Of a DNA stretch of 28,654 bases, positions 7,886 to 17,142 are shown piece by piece. The stretch is from a virus (taxonomy: Duplodnaviria; Caudoviricetes). The stretch's first letter is position 1. Every line of letters starts with the position of its first letter. The stretch covers positions 1-28,654 of the IMG/VR virus record IMGVR_UViG_3300017754_001603, one strand, 5' to 3'. A program made the position numbers and the translations under genes. The notes below the pieces were generated by a model that made no database searches, was not told the origin of the DNA, and saw only the letters and a program-made list of their open reading frames with translations.

Positions 7886-8254
7886 ATGAAAAACACTATT
7901 TTCACAATCCTAGCAGTATTTATTTCTTTAATGTCATATGCTCAACCTAAAGCACAACAGCATAAAGAACCAGATTATTTCTGTGTACAAATTCTAAGTA
8001 CACAAAACCCACAAGCTATTAAAAGAGCTGATGTTGATTTACTTGGTGAAACATTACATGTTGAACAAGTAACAATAAATGAAATAACATATCATAGAGT
8101 AATGTTAATCTATAAAGATTTCATTTCAGCTAAAAGTGCATTGAGTGTTATTTACAATTCAGGATTTAAATTATCATTACTATGTGGTAGATCACAAGAG
8201 CAAATAGATAAAATGTATCCTTTATTCTCTGATGAAAAAATAAAATTATTGTAA
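7886..8254 (+). CDS. Secreted SPOR-like domain protein
   Basis: Signal peptide MKNTIFTILAVFISLMSYA|Q; YFCVQIL...YHRVML..KDFISAKSAL....SGF fits the SPOR pattern. Confidence 0.6.
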   Translation: MKNTIFTILAVFISLMSYAQPKAQQHKEPDYFCVQILSTQNPQAIKRADVDLLGETLHVEQVTINEITYHRVMLIYKDFISAKSALSVIYNSGFKLSLLCGRSQEQIDKMYPLFSDEKIKLL

Positions 8255-8256
8255 TA

Positions 8257-8276
8257 AATGGGGAGAAATCCCCATT
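8257..8276 (+). terminator. Intrinsic terminator
   Basis: AATGGGGA-GAAA-TCCCCATT followed by T-rich sequence. Confidence 0.7.
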
Positions 8277-8307
8277 ATTATTTTTACATTTACCAAAACT
8301 TTAAATC

Positions 8308-8523
8308 ATGAGAATAATAACATTAAACCTAACAATGCTCACCAAAATAGTAAATGGTATAGAATTATTCATACAAATGTATCCTGAGAGACCTGCACCA
8401 TCATCTATTAAATTTGAAATGCCTTTTTTATCTGATGAACAAGTAAGAGATTTACTTTACAATAAGTCAATTGAAATAAATAACATTACCTATAATTTAA
8501 AACCATTTGAAGATGAAAAGTAA
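8308..8523 (+). CDS. Hypothetical protein
   Basis: ORF track; A-rich leader. Confidence 0.65.
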   Translation: MRIITLNLTMLTKIVNGIELFIQMYPERPAPSSIKFEMPFLSDEQVRDLLYNKSIEINNITYNLKPFEDEK

Positions 8524-8839
8524 AAGATTAGTAAACGTAAAAGAGAAATTATCTAATGATGTTTTAAGATTAGAACATAGTATTGCAAGATACCTTGTAT
8601 CTAAAAACATTATTCATCCTAAATACCCTGAAGGACAATGGGCATTTATATCTAAAGGAGCATTAAAGTCTAAAGTCAATGACAATAGAAAAAAGCTTAA
8701 TAATATAATGCACATCAATATAAATAAACTATCTCAAAATTATCAGGATGATGCTCAAACAATGATAAGATTTGTAACATCATCAGGTAAAGTAGATGGA
8801 TGGAGAAAATCATTTAATCTATTAACTGAAAACCAATAA
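8507..8839 (+). CDS. Hypothetical basic protein (start probably ATG 8513)
   Basis: ORF track; Lys/Arg rich. Confidence 0.65.
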   Translation: MKMKSKRLVNVKEKLSNDVLRLEHSIARYLVSKNIIHPKYPEGQWAFISKGALKSKVNDNRKKLNNIMHININKLSQNYQDDAQTMIRFVTSSGKVDGWRKSFNLLTENQ

Positions 8840-8841
8840 CT

Positions 8842-9033
8842 ATGTTTTTATATTTATATATAAGTGGATTAGTAACACTTGCAATGATATTAAGATTAGA
8901 TATCAAAAATCTAGGTTTACTTAAAAAGTTTGGAAAGATATTATTCATGTTTTTAACATGGCCTGCATTATTATCTATAATGTTAATTACATTATATGAT
9001 ATATATGGCGATGTAGAAGATGATGAAGATTAA
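8842..9033 (+). CDS. Small two-TM membrane protein
   Basis: Two hydrophobic segments, a TWP motif and an acidic tail. Confidence 0.7.
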   Translation: MFLYLYISGLVTLAMILRLDIKNLGLLKKFGKILFMFLTWPALLSIMLITLYDIYGDVEDDED

Positions 9034-9066
9034 AGAAAAAGTTCTTTTAACTGGTCTTAGGTCTAG

Positions 9067-9099
9067 TACTCTTGGTAGAAATACCAAGAGTATTTTTTT
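9067..9099 (+). terminator. Intrinsic terminator
   Basis: TACTCTTGGTA-GAAA-TACCAAGAGTA-T7. Confidence 0.85.
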
Positions 9100-9119
9100 C
9101 ATTGTTTCTCACTCTTTCC

Positions 9120-9142
9120 CCACCCACCCCAAGTTATGATAT
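9120..9142 (+). promoter_or_regulatory. Bipartite motif copy 3 (CCACCCA-CCCCAA-GTTATGATAT)
   Basis: Lies just after a strong terminator and before the replication genes. Confidence 0.6.
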
Positions 9143-9317
9143 ATCTTATTTTAGATATATTGTTTAGAGTGTCTCAGTAATATCAGACAGATGAGGTTTT
9201 TTAGCCTCATTTGTTTTAAAAACAATCAACTCTATTATATAAGTATTTATTGTTTTATTTTTTATTCACTATTTTTTTATTCACTATTTTTTATTAACTA
9301 TTTAAATTTTAATTATT

Positions 9318-9926
9318 ATGAACAACGCACAAAATGTAAAAACAACAAGAGGAAAAATCCAATTCTCAAGACTATTCAGCAATTCTTATCAGAAAGCTGG
9401 ATCTAAAACTTTGGAAGTAAAGCAAATTATTAATACTGTAAGCAGCTATGCTTCTAAAAAGTATAATTCTAATTTGCAAGATGGATTATTCTCAGAAGCT
9501 GATTTCGGAGGAGAAACTACAGAATTTACATCTACTGAAACAAGAGTAGCATGGATTCTAGTACCTGAAGGAAAAGGTGAAACTGAAATTAGAACAATGC
9601 TAAATACATTGCCAAATGCATGTATTTATAAAGTATTGTCTAATGAACCAATTTTAGATGATAATCAAAAGCAAGCAATTGCTAATGGTTTGAAAGCTAA
9701 AGCTGATTTTGCTAATGCACAAGCAGTAAGATATGGTGATACTCATGAAAATGCAGGTCAACTAATCTTAGATGCTGATGGTAATGTTCAATATCGTAGA
9801 ACATTCTTTAGCAAAGAAGTAAGAGAAGATGAAGATTACAGAGGTAATGGCCAAGTTTATATGAGTAGAGAAATTGAGATGGAAGTTGATGGTGCAATAG
9901 CATATCATACAGACCAAGTTCTCTAA
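9318..9926 (+). CDS. Hypothetical protein, possibly highly expressed
   Basis: 202-aa ORF forming its own unit between motif copy 3 and a terminator. Confidence 0.8.
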   Translation: MNNAQNVKTTRGKIQFSRLFSNSYQKAGSKTLEVKQIINTVSSYASKKYNSNLQDGLFSEADFGGETTEFTSTETRVAWILVPEGKGETEIRTMLNTLPNACIYKVLSNEPILDDNQKQAIANGLKAKADFANAQAVRYGDTHENAGQLILDADGNVQYRRTFFSKEVREDEDYRGNGQVYMSREIEMEVDGAIAYHTDQVL

Positions 9927-9933
9927 AATTTAT

Positions 9934-9989
9934 GGGAAATTCCTAATTTAATATTCGAAAGAGTATTATTTTGGGGGTTTCCCTTTTTT
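9934..9989 (+). terminator. Extended hairpin terminator/attenuator before polB
   Basis: GGGAAA...AATATTC-GAAA-GAGTATT...TTTCCC followed by T6. Confidence 0.7.
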
Positions 9990-10018
9990 ATTTTTTAGCC
10001 TTAAAACGTATTTACTTT

Positions 10019-11968
10019 ATGCAAGACTATGTGTATGACATTGAGATATTTCCAAATTACTTTTTACTATGTGCAAAAAATACACATACTGATGAAAAGA
10101 TATCATTTGAAATATCTCCGAGAAAAGATAATAGAATAGCATTAATGGAATGGTTAAAATCTGATATTAGATTATTTGGATTTAATTGTATTAACTATGA
10201 TGGTAAACTATTACAAAAACTTATCAATCTATTACATCTCAAGGGTAAGGATTTAGTATTTGCATTGAAACAGCATTCTAATAATCTTATTACTAATGAT
10301 GAGTACAATAAGTTCACTAAAAGATTTACTTTATGTCCTAATGTAGATTTAATGCTATTACATCATTTTGACAATGATGCAAGGAGAGCTTCATTAAAAC
10401 AATTGGAATTTGCATTTCAAATGACTAACATACAAGAGTTACCATTTGAACACAATACAATTTTAACAGAATCTCAAATGGATTTAGTATCAGAGTATTG
10501 TTGGAATGATATTGAAGCAACTCTTAAACTATATAACTATAGTAAGGAAGCTATTACACTTAGAGAATCTTTATCTAAAGAATATGGTATTGATATGATG
10601 TCATGGAATTCTCCTAAAATTGGTGAGAAAAGTTTTGCATTAAAGTTAGCTAAGGAAATAGGTGCAGATAAACTAACCAAGAAAACTCATAGAGATACAA
10701 TTCATATATCAGATATTATATTTCTTTATGTAGAGTTTCAACAAGAAGGATTTAAAAAACTATTGACATATTTTAAATCCAAAGTAATTAAAGGAACTTA
10801 TAAAGTATTCTCAGAAATACCATTTGAAGAACTTGTAGTAATAGATGGATATTATAAAGTCAATAAGACTAAGGGAGTTCAAAAGAATCTGAATATACTA
10901 TATAAGAATATAGAATTTGTATTTGGTACTGGTGGATTACATGCATGCACAACTCCAGGGATATATGAATCTGATGAAGACTATATCATTATAGATATTG
11001 ATGTAAGTTCATATTATCCTAATCTAGCAATAAAGAATAGATTATATCCTGAGCATTTAGGTGAAGAGTTTTGTGATATCTATGAGAAAAGATATAATGA
11101 GAGAAATCAATATCCTAAAGGCAGTATATATAACAGTTCTATAAAACTAGAATTAAATGGTGTATATGGTAAGTCTAATTCAGAACACTCTGCATTTTAT
11201 GATCCTAAATATACTATGACTATTACCATTAATGGTCAACTTCTAATCTGTATGTTAGCTGAAGCTCTTATGAATATATCTACACTATTACAAGCTAATA
11301 CTGATGGTGTAACTGTAAGATTATTGAGAGGAGATTTATCTAAAGTATTTGCTATTATAGATTGGTGGGAAACATTAACTGGATTAAAGTTAGAGTATGT
11401 ATATTATAATAAGATGATTATTAAAGATGTATCCAATTATATGGCAATATCTGATACAGGTAAAGTTAAAAGAAAGGGTGCAGCATTTAAAACTCACAAA
11501 GAATTAGAACTGCATGAGAATTATTCAGCTTTAATCATTAATGAAGCTGTATCTGCATATTTTATATCTGATGTAGAACCTGAACAATATCTATTACAAG
11601 ATATAGAAACTAATGGATTATCTAATTTCTTTATGAGAGCTAAAGTACAAAAAGGTCATAAACTTGTAGCAAGAGTAGGAGAAGAAGATACTACATTACA
11701 AAAACTTGTAAGATATATTGTAACTAATGATGGTGTATCTCTTATCAAGATAATGCCACCACTTCCTAAGAATCCTGATAAATGGAGAGAAACAGAAATA
11801 GAAAGTGGATGGAAAACTACAGTATGTAATGACTTATCCAAAATAAATGCAGAAGAATTAAAAGAAAACTTAAATTTAGAATATTATTTGAAAGCAATTA
11901 AAAAGATTATAAATGGAATTAAGGAATCAAATACAAGCTCAAGCAACTCAGAAGATATGTCTGAATAA
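10019..11968 (+). CDS. polB: Family B DNA polymerase with 3'-5' exonuclease (start ATG 10019)
   Basis: Exo motifs YDIE, FNCINYD, YCWND; polymerase motifs DIDVSSYYP, KLELNGVYG, QANTDG. Confidence 0.95.
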   Translation: MQDYVYDIEIFPNYFLLCAKNTHTDEKISFEISPRKDNRIALMEWLKSDIRLFGFNCINYDGKLLQKLINLLHLKGKDLVFALKQHSNNLITNDEYNKFTKRFTLCPNVDLMLLHHFDNDARRASLKQLEFAFQMTNIQELPFEHNTILTESQMDLVSEYCWNDIEATLKLYNYSKEAITLRESLSKEYGIDMMSWNSPKIGEKSFALKLAKEIGADKLTKKTHRDTIHISDIIFLYVEFQQEGFKKLLTYFKSKVIKGTYKVFSEIPFEELVVIDGYYKVNKTKGVQKNLNILYKNIEFVFGTGGLHACTTPGIYESDEDYIIIDIDVSSYYPNLAIKNRLYPEHLGEEFCDIYEKRYNERNQYPKGSIYNSSIKLELNGVYGKSNSEHSAFYDPKYTMTITINGQLLICMLAEALMNISTLLQANTDGVTVRLLRGDLSKVFAIIDWWETLTGLKLEYVYYNKMIIKDVSNYMAISDTGKVKRKGAAFKTHKELELHENYSALIINEAVSAYFISDVEPEQYLLQDIETNGLSNFFMRAKVQKGHKLVARVGEEDTTLQKLVRYIVTNDGVSLIKIMPPLPKNPDKWRETEIESGWKTTVCNDLSKINAEELKENLNLEYYLKAIKKIINGIKESNTSSSNSEDMSE

Positions 11969-13004
11969 CTTCAGAGGTATTATAAATGTTGCACCAAGAG
12001 TTGGTAAATCTAAAATTGTATGTGATGCTATTAATGTATTGAAAACTTCTCAAATGATTTTAATTACTGTACCATATAATTCTATAATGGAATCTTGGAC
12101 TGCAGAATTAAAGAAATGGAATGTAAATATTCCAATAGCAATCATAAATCAAAGAAGTATATCCAAAGAAGAGAATTTAAATATGTATGACATTATTATA
12201 TGTGATGAGGTACATACTTTATCTGCTTCTCAAATACAAGCATTACAAGAATTTGATGGGCCATTACTAGGTGTATCTGGTTCTATTTCTAAAGAAACTG
12301 AAAAAACTTTAAGAGATGAACTAGGATTAAAGACTATCTTTAAATATACTTTAGAAGAAGCTATTACAGATGGTATTATTGCTAATTATGAAATTAATTT
12401 AGTTCCATTAACATTAGATAATAAAGATAAATATATAGATGCAGGCAGTAAAACAGCTCCATTTAAAACTACAGAATATCTTAATTATCAATATCTTACT
12501 GAGCAATTCAATAAGTTTAAAAGGATGGCATGGAATAACTCAAAGATGGAAGCAGTAAAGATGCAATATGCTTCTAAGAGAGCAGATTTAATTTATAAAT
12601 CTAAGACAAAAATAGAAGCAGTATCAAAAATTATTGCTAAATTTGACAGATGCTTAGTATTTACTGCAAGAACTGAAATAGCTGATCAATTAGCTTCAGG
12701 TTATCATTCTAAATCTTCTCCAGAGATTCTTGATAACTTTATGACAGGTACAATAAATAAGCTTTCAGTATGTGAGATGACCAATATGGGTATCACATTT
12801 CCAAATCTCAAAATAGGTATATTTCATCAGATGAAAAGTTCTGAAGAAAGTGCAATCCAAAAAGTAATGAGGATGTGTAACATGGAAGATGACTCTATTG
12901 CTCAAATCTATATTACATATTATGCAAATACTGTGGATGAGGAATGGGTTAAAAAAGCATTAATAGGATTAGATCCCAATAAAATTAAAATTGTAAAAGT
13001 ATGA
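11913..13004 (+). CDS. Superfamily 2 (DExH) helicase
   Basis: APRVGKS, IICDEVH, GVSGS, MGITFPNL, QKVMR. Confidence 0.88.
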   Translation: MELRNQIQAQATQKICLNNFRGIINVAPRVGKSKIVCDAINVLKTSQMILITVPYNSIMESWTAELKKWNVNIPIAIINQRSISKEENLNMYDIIICDEVHTLSASQIQALQEFDGPLLGVSGSISKETEKTLRDELGLKTIFKYTLEEAITDGIIANYEINLVPLTLDNKDKYIDAGSKTAPFKTTEYLNYQYLTEQFNKFKRMAWNNSKMEAVKMQYASKRADLIYKSKTKIEAVSKIIAKFDRCLVFTARTEIADQLASGYHSKSSPEILDNFMTGTINKLSVCEMTNMGITFPNLKIGIFHQMKSSEESAIQKVMRMCNMEDDSIAQIYITYYANTVDEEWVKKALIGLDPNKIKIVKV

Positions 13005-13366
13005 CAACTGAAAATGTAGCAAAGATTTATTTATTGATTACCACATTAAATGCAGCATTGTATGCAATAGCAGAATTAGAACCATCAAAGATGACTCACT
13101 CCAATAAAATGAGGATGATGAATCTTAGAGGTGCTATTAAAAACTATTTGACATTAGTATCCAACAGAGCTAAATCAAATGAAATAGAATTAATTGATAG
13201 CTATGCTTTTGGAAATGTTGCAATAATAGCAGAACTTAACTGTATGATTGCTTATGTACCTGACAATCAAATTGAATGGTATATTGATGAATGTAAAAAA
13301 TTAGTTTTTTTAGCTGTTAAAAAAGAACATGATGAAGTTGAATCCAGAGATAACCAAGTTGCTTAA
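13001..13366 (+). CDS. Hypothetical protein
   Basis: ATGA overlap with the helicase stop. Confidence 0.75.
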   Translation: MTTENVAKIYLLITTLNAALYAIAELEPSKMTHSNKMRMMNLRGAIKNYLTLVSNRAKSNEIELIDSYAFGNVAIIAELNCMIAYVPDNQIEWYIDECKKLVFLAVKKEHDEVESRDNQVA

Positions 13367-13868
13367 AGAAGCAAGTGTAGATTTAAATGAAGGTACTTTA
13401 TATCTTCTATCTATGTTCCATGAATTAGATTCTGATTGTATATCTGATAAAACAATTAGAATTATAAATAATATTGGAATAGTAGAAAGAGATTATAAGA
13501 CCAATACACTACTATGGCATGTGCCATTGTATGAAGGACAAAATGTAGATTCTGTATGGGATTGGGTAAATCAATATAGAGAATTATTTGCAACAAAGAA
13601 TAAAGAGAGAGCAGGTTCTAAAAAGACTTGTGTTCTTAGAATGAAATTATTCTTTGCAGAGAATCCTCATGTTAGAAAAGAAGATGTGTTGGAAGCAACT
13701 ACTCTTTATCTTAGAACAGTAGAGCCACAATTTGTTAAGACTGCAGAAAGATTTATCTATGATGGTCAAGGTAATTATAAAACTTCTATGATGAATAATT
13801 GGATTGAAAGAGTTCTAGAATCTAGAGCTAAGAATAAGATTGATCCTAATAATAAACTAATGAAGTAA
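13329..13868 (+). CDS. Hypothetical replication-associated protein (possible initiator or helicase loader)
   Basis: Coupled (TAATG) to the DnaB-like helicase; function inferred from position only. Confidence 0.45.
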   Translation: MMKLNPEITKLLKEASVDLNEGTLYLLSMFHELDSDCISDKTIRIINNIGIVERDYKTNTLLWHVPLYEGQNVDSVWDWVNQYRELFATKNKERAGSKKTCVLRMKLFFAENPHVRKEDVLEATTLYLRTVEPQFVKTAERFIYDGQGNYKTSMMNNWIERVLESRAKNKIDPNNKLMK

Positions 13869-14962
13869 TGAATTTTCTTGAAGCATTAAAGCAAGGTCAG
13901 GAAGGAGAGAATAAAGGTTTACCAACAGGTTTACCACCATTGGACAGAGCTATAGATGGTGTTCAAAAGAAAGCTATCTATGGTGTAGCTGCTGGTCCAA
14001 AAGTAGGTAAATCAACATTAGTAGACTTTGGTTTTGTTATTCATCCTATATTACATTGTATTAAAGAAAATATTCCTATTACTGTAATCTATTTCTCATA
14101 TGAGATTGACAGAGTAAAGAAAGAATTTGACTTTGCTTCATTTTTCTTTTATCATGACTATGGTATAAAATCTATTATGCATAATGATGAGGAGTATCCT
14201 TTGTCAAGTAGATATCTGTTAGGTAAACTACAAGACAGACAAGGTAATATTATTCCATTATCTGATGAGCATAAAGCTATACTAAAAGATATTTATACCA
14301 ATAGAATAATTCCATTCTTTGGAGAGTATGATATTAGAGGACATCAAGTAAAGGAAGGTATAATACAATTCTTGGAAGACAGAGATAATCCTACAGGTAT
14401 GAGAAATACTATTCTTGCTTATGCTAAAAAGAATGGTGAGTTTGTATATCAGGATTATGAAACTACAGAAGATGGTAAGAAGGTTATGAAGAAAAGATTA
14501 ATAGGTTATAACATTGCTGATAAGCAAAAAAGAACTATTATAATTACTGACCACATTCGTAAACTCAAAAGAGAAAGAGGTTACACTATGAAAGAAAATA
14601 TGGATAAGTGGATAGAATATACTGTAGAATTACGCAATTTCTGTCATTTTACATTTGTTCATATTGTGCATCTAAACAGATCTATATCCAATATAGAAAG
14701 ATTAAAATTCAATGGTGAATTTATATATCCAACTGGTGAGGATGTAAAAGATTCTGGTAATTTATCAGAGGAATGTGATTATCTTTTAACTCTATTTAAT
14801 CCTACTGATGAAAAGTATGGATTATCAGTTCATTTTGGTTATCCTTTACATGAATATCCTAATTACAGATCAATACATCTAGTAGAATCTCGTGACACAG
14901 AATGTCCTCAACATTTAGGTGTTAGTATGTTAGGTAATATAAAGCATTTTCAAACTATTTAA
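13868..14962 (+). CDS. dnaB: DnaB-like (SF4) replicative helicase
   Basis: GLPTGLPPLDRAIDG, AAGPKVGKS, YFSYEI, IITDH, HLNR, DSGNLSEECD. Confidence 0.9.
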   Translation: MNFLEALKQGQEGENKGLPTGLPPLDRAIDGVQKKAIYGVAAGPKVGKSTLVDFGFVIHPILHCIKENIPITVIYFSYEIDRVKKEFDFASFFFYHDYGIKSIMHNDEEYPLSSRYLLGKLQDRQGNIIPLSDEHKAILKDIYTNRIIPFFGEYDIRGHQVKEGIIQFLEDRDNPTGMRNTILAYAKKNGEFVYQDYETTEDGKKVMKKRLIGYNIADKQKRTIIITDHIRKLKRERGYTMKENMDKWIEYTVELRNFCHFTFVHIVHLNRSISNIERLKFNGEFIYPTGEDVKDSGNLSEECDYLLTLFNPTDEKYGLSVHFGYPLHEYPNYRSIHLVESRDTECPQHLGVSMLGNIKHFQTI

Positions 14963-14971
14963 ATATAAACT

Positions 14972-15220
14972 ATGGCACCAAAAGGTTATTATCGTAATTT
15001 AATTTCTGATTCTAACATCAGAATAGCATTTACTCATACACCAATTTATGGTTGTACAAAAGTAGATTCTTCTAAAATAATAGAAGAACTTAAATCATCT
15101 ACTGATGAATATGCTCAGTATTACATCAATGGATTAGAAAATGGTAACATGGTTACTATTGTAGAGAATACTTATTCTGATAAGTATTTTGCACTAGGAG
15201 AATTATATTTTAAATCTTAA
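14972..15220 (+). CDS. Hypothetical protein
   Basis: ORF track; in operon. Confidence 0.7.
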   Translation: MAPKGYYRNLISDSNIRIAFTHTPIYGCTKVDSSKIIEELKSSTDEYAQYYINGLENGNMVTIVENTYSDKYFALGELYFKS

Positions 15221-15230
15221 AAACAAAACA

Positions 15231-15932
15231 ATGGCAAAAATTATGGTTATTGCTGAATCAGGTTTCGGCAAAAGTACTTCTATCTGTCCTAGTGAGGAAC
15301 TAGACATTACAGGTTTAAATCCTGAAACAACTTTTCTTATCAATGTAAGTGGTAAAGATTTACCATCAAGAGGATGGAGAAAGCATTACAAACATATTGA
15401 TGGTAAAGATTTAGCAAGTGGTAATTATTTGGAATCTAATGATGCTATGGCTATTGCAGGTGCAATATCTGTAATCAATGAGAAGAATCCAAAGATACAA
15501 ACTCTTGTTATTGATGACTTTCAGTATTTGATGGCAGATTATTATATGGATAAAGCTAAGACAAGTGGCTTTGATAAATTTTCTGACATCGGTTATTTTA
15601 TTGGTCAAATCTTTAAATCAACACAGAAGTTTAAAGGTAATGTAATTGTACTAACTCATCCAGAGGAAGTACAAAATGCTTTTGGTACTTCTTATAAAGC
15701 TAAGACTGTTGGTAAAATGATTGACCAATATATTTCATTAGAGGGTAAGTTTGACATAGTATTATATGGTTCTCAAGAATTTGATGCCAAGAATAAGAAA
15801 GCTATCAAACAATTTGTAACAAATTTTGATGGTAGATATCCTGCTAAGTCTGCAGTTGGAATGTTTGAACTATATATTCCAAATGACTTAGGATATGTGC
15901 TTGATAAAGTAAATGATTATTACAATGGCTAA
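15231..15932 (+). CDS. AAA_24 / Sak4-like P-loop ATPase
   Basis: AESGFGKST, LVIDDFQY, LTH, KTVGKMID, YPAKS; precedes SSB as in Sak4-SSB modules. Confidence 0.8.
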   Translation: MAKIMVIAESGFGKSTSICPSEELDITGLNPETTFLINVSGKDLPSRGWRKHYKHIDGKDLASGNYLESNDAMAIAGAISVINEKNPKIQTLVIDDFQYLMADYYMDKAKTSGFDKFSDIGYFIGQIFKSTQKFKGNVIVLTHPEEVQNAFGTSYKAKTVGKMIDQYISLEGKFDIVLYGSQEFDAKNKKAIKQFVTNFDGRYPAKSAVGMFELYIPNDLGYVLDKVNDYYNG

Positions 15933-16053
15933 GAAAAAAATATTATCACCAGTAAAAACTGGTACATTAGTCTATACTGCTAAACCTGAAGACTTAGCAG
16001 TACATCTCCAACAGGAACTTAAAACTATTTATAAATCTAAAAAACAAAATTAA
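15925..16053 (+). CDS. 42-aa basic peptide
   Basis: MAKKKILSPVKTGTLVYTAKPEDLAVHLQQELKTIYKSKKQN*; fills the gap between its neighbours exactly. Confidence 0.55.
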   Translation: MAKKKILSPVKTGTLVYTAKPEDLAVHLQQELKTIYKSKKQN

Positions 16054-16054
16054 A

Positions 16055-16315
16055 ATGGAAAAGATCCAAATCACAATCAGTTCAGTATTAAATGATTTAG
16101 CTAACAGCATGACAAGAGAAGAAATCAGAGATAAATATTCTTTGACTAATGCTCAACTAAAACAAGTATTTTCTCATCCACAATTAAAAGGTAGAAAGAC
16201 TAAACAAGTAAATGTATTATTTGAATTAGTTGATGATGTAACTAAAACAGAAACTCAAATAGTAGAATTAGAACCAGTAGCAATAACTCATGACTTTGAT
16301 GTTCAATCTATTTAA
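16055..16315 (+). CDS. Small putative HTH-like protein
   Basis: MTREEIRDKYSLTNAQLKQVF. Confidence 0.55.
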   Translation: MEKIQITISSVLNDLANSMTREEIRDKYSLTNAQLKQVFSHPQLKGRKTKQVNVLFELVDDVTKTETQIVELEPVAITHDFDVQSI

Positions 16316-16344
16316 TTTTTTATAATCCTTTAAATTTATTTATT

Positions 16345-17130
16345 ATGTATGGTTATGCAAATGATGAGAAATCATCAAGTTCAATGGCATTTGGTTTAAA
16401 CCAAGGTGTTAAGATGACTAAGTTGGAATTTAATCCTAATGGTGGTAAAGATGGTGCAGCTCAAGAGTGTCTTGATATTGCATTTGAATTCCCTGGTGGA
16501 TTAGTTAAAAACTACAGACAATTCCCTGTAACTAAAGCTATTGATAAGAATGGCAATCAGGTAACTGATCCTCGTAGTGCAGAAATGAAAGCTGCATTCA
16601 ATGAATTCAATGCAAAGATTTCTCAATTGATGAAATGTTTTGTAACTGAAGAAGAATTGAAAGCTGGATTAAATGCTGCTACAGGGTTTAGATCATTCTG
16701 TGATATCCTTAACAGATTACTTCCATCTAACTTCAGTAATGTAGAAATGGATGTATTCTGCCAATATCCTTGGACTTCTAAGAATGACAATGGTACTAAG
16801 TATGTAGAATTACCATCTAATGTAAAACAAGGTAAAGTATTTGTACCTGCTCAACAAGGTAAATTTGAACCTGTGACATTTAGTCACAAGTCCTCTGAAT
16901 TTACATTTAGAGGTGAAACAGGAACATTAGTACCTGCAGGACCAAAGAAAGTATCTTTAGAAATTAATGGTAAAACACTTACTATTGATGATAATAAAGG
17001 TATCATTTATGTGAAAGTTACAGAAGATGAAGTAATTTTACATCCCATCACTAGAACTGACTGGTTTATGAGTTCTAATTTTGCTAAGAGTTCAACAAGT
17101 GATGAGCCTATTCAATCTTCTTGGGATTAA
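16345..17130 (+). CDS. ssb: Probable single-stranded DNA-binding protein
   Basis: Between the ATPase and primase; beta-rich, with an acidic/aromatic flexible C-terminus (DEPIQSSWD). Confidence 0.55.
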   Translation: MYGYANDEKSSSSMAFGLNQGVKMTKLEFNPNGGKDGAAQECLDIAFEFPGGLVKNYRQFPVTKAIDKNGNQVTDPRSAEMKAAFNEFNAKISQLMKCFVTEEELKAGLNAATGFRSFCDILNRLLPSNFSNVEMDVFCQYPWTSKNDNGTKYVELPSNVKQGKVFVPAQQGKFEPVTFSHKSSEFTFRGETGTLVPAGPKKVSLEINGKTLTIDDNKGIIYVKVTEDEVILHPITRTDWFMSSNFAKSSTSDEPIQSSWD

Positions 17131-17142
17131 AATTAAATAACT

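Noticed and set aside
5587-9142. CRISPR mini-array interpretation of the repeated motifs
   Set aside because: Copies are 1-2.5 kb apart with genes between them; no repeat-spacer periodicity anywhere in the window.
9191-9406. 71-aa ORF and TATTCACTA mini-repeats at 9263-9300
   Set aside because: Low-complexity T-rich leader overlapping the 9318 gene; the repeats look like slippage.
1-14962. Inteins or self-splicing introns in terL, polB or the helicases
   Set aside because: Motif spacing and lengths are normal; no homing endonuclease or splice-junction motifs seen.
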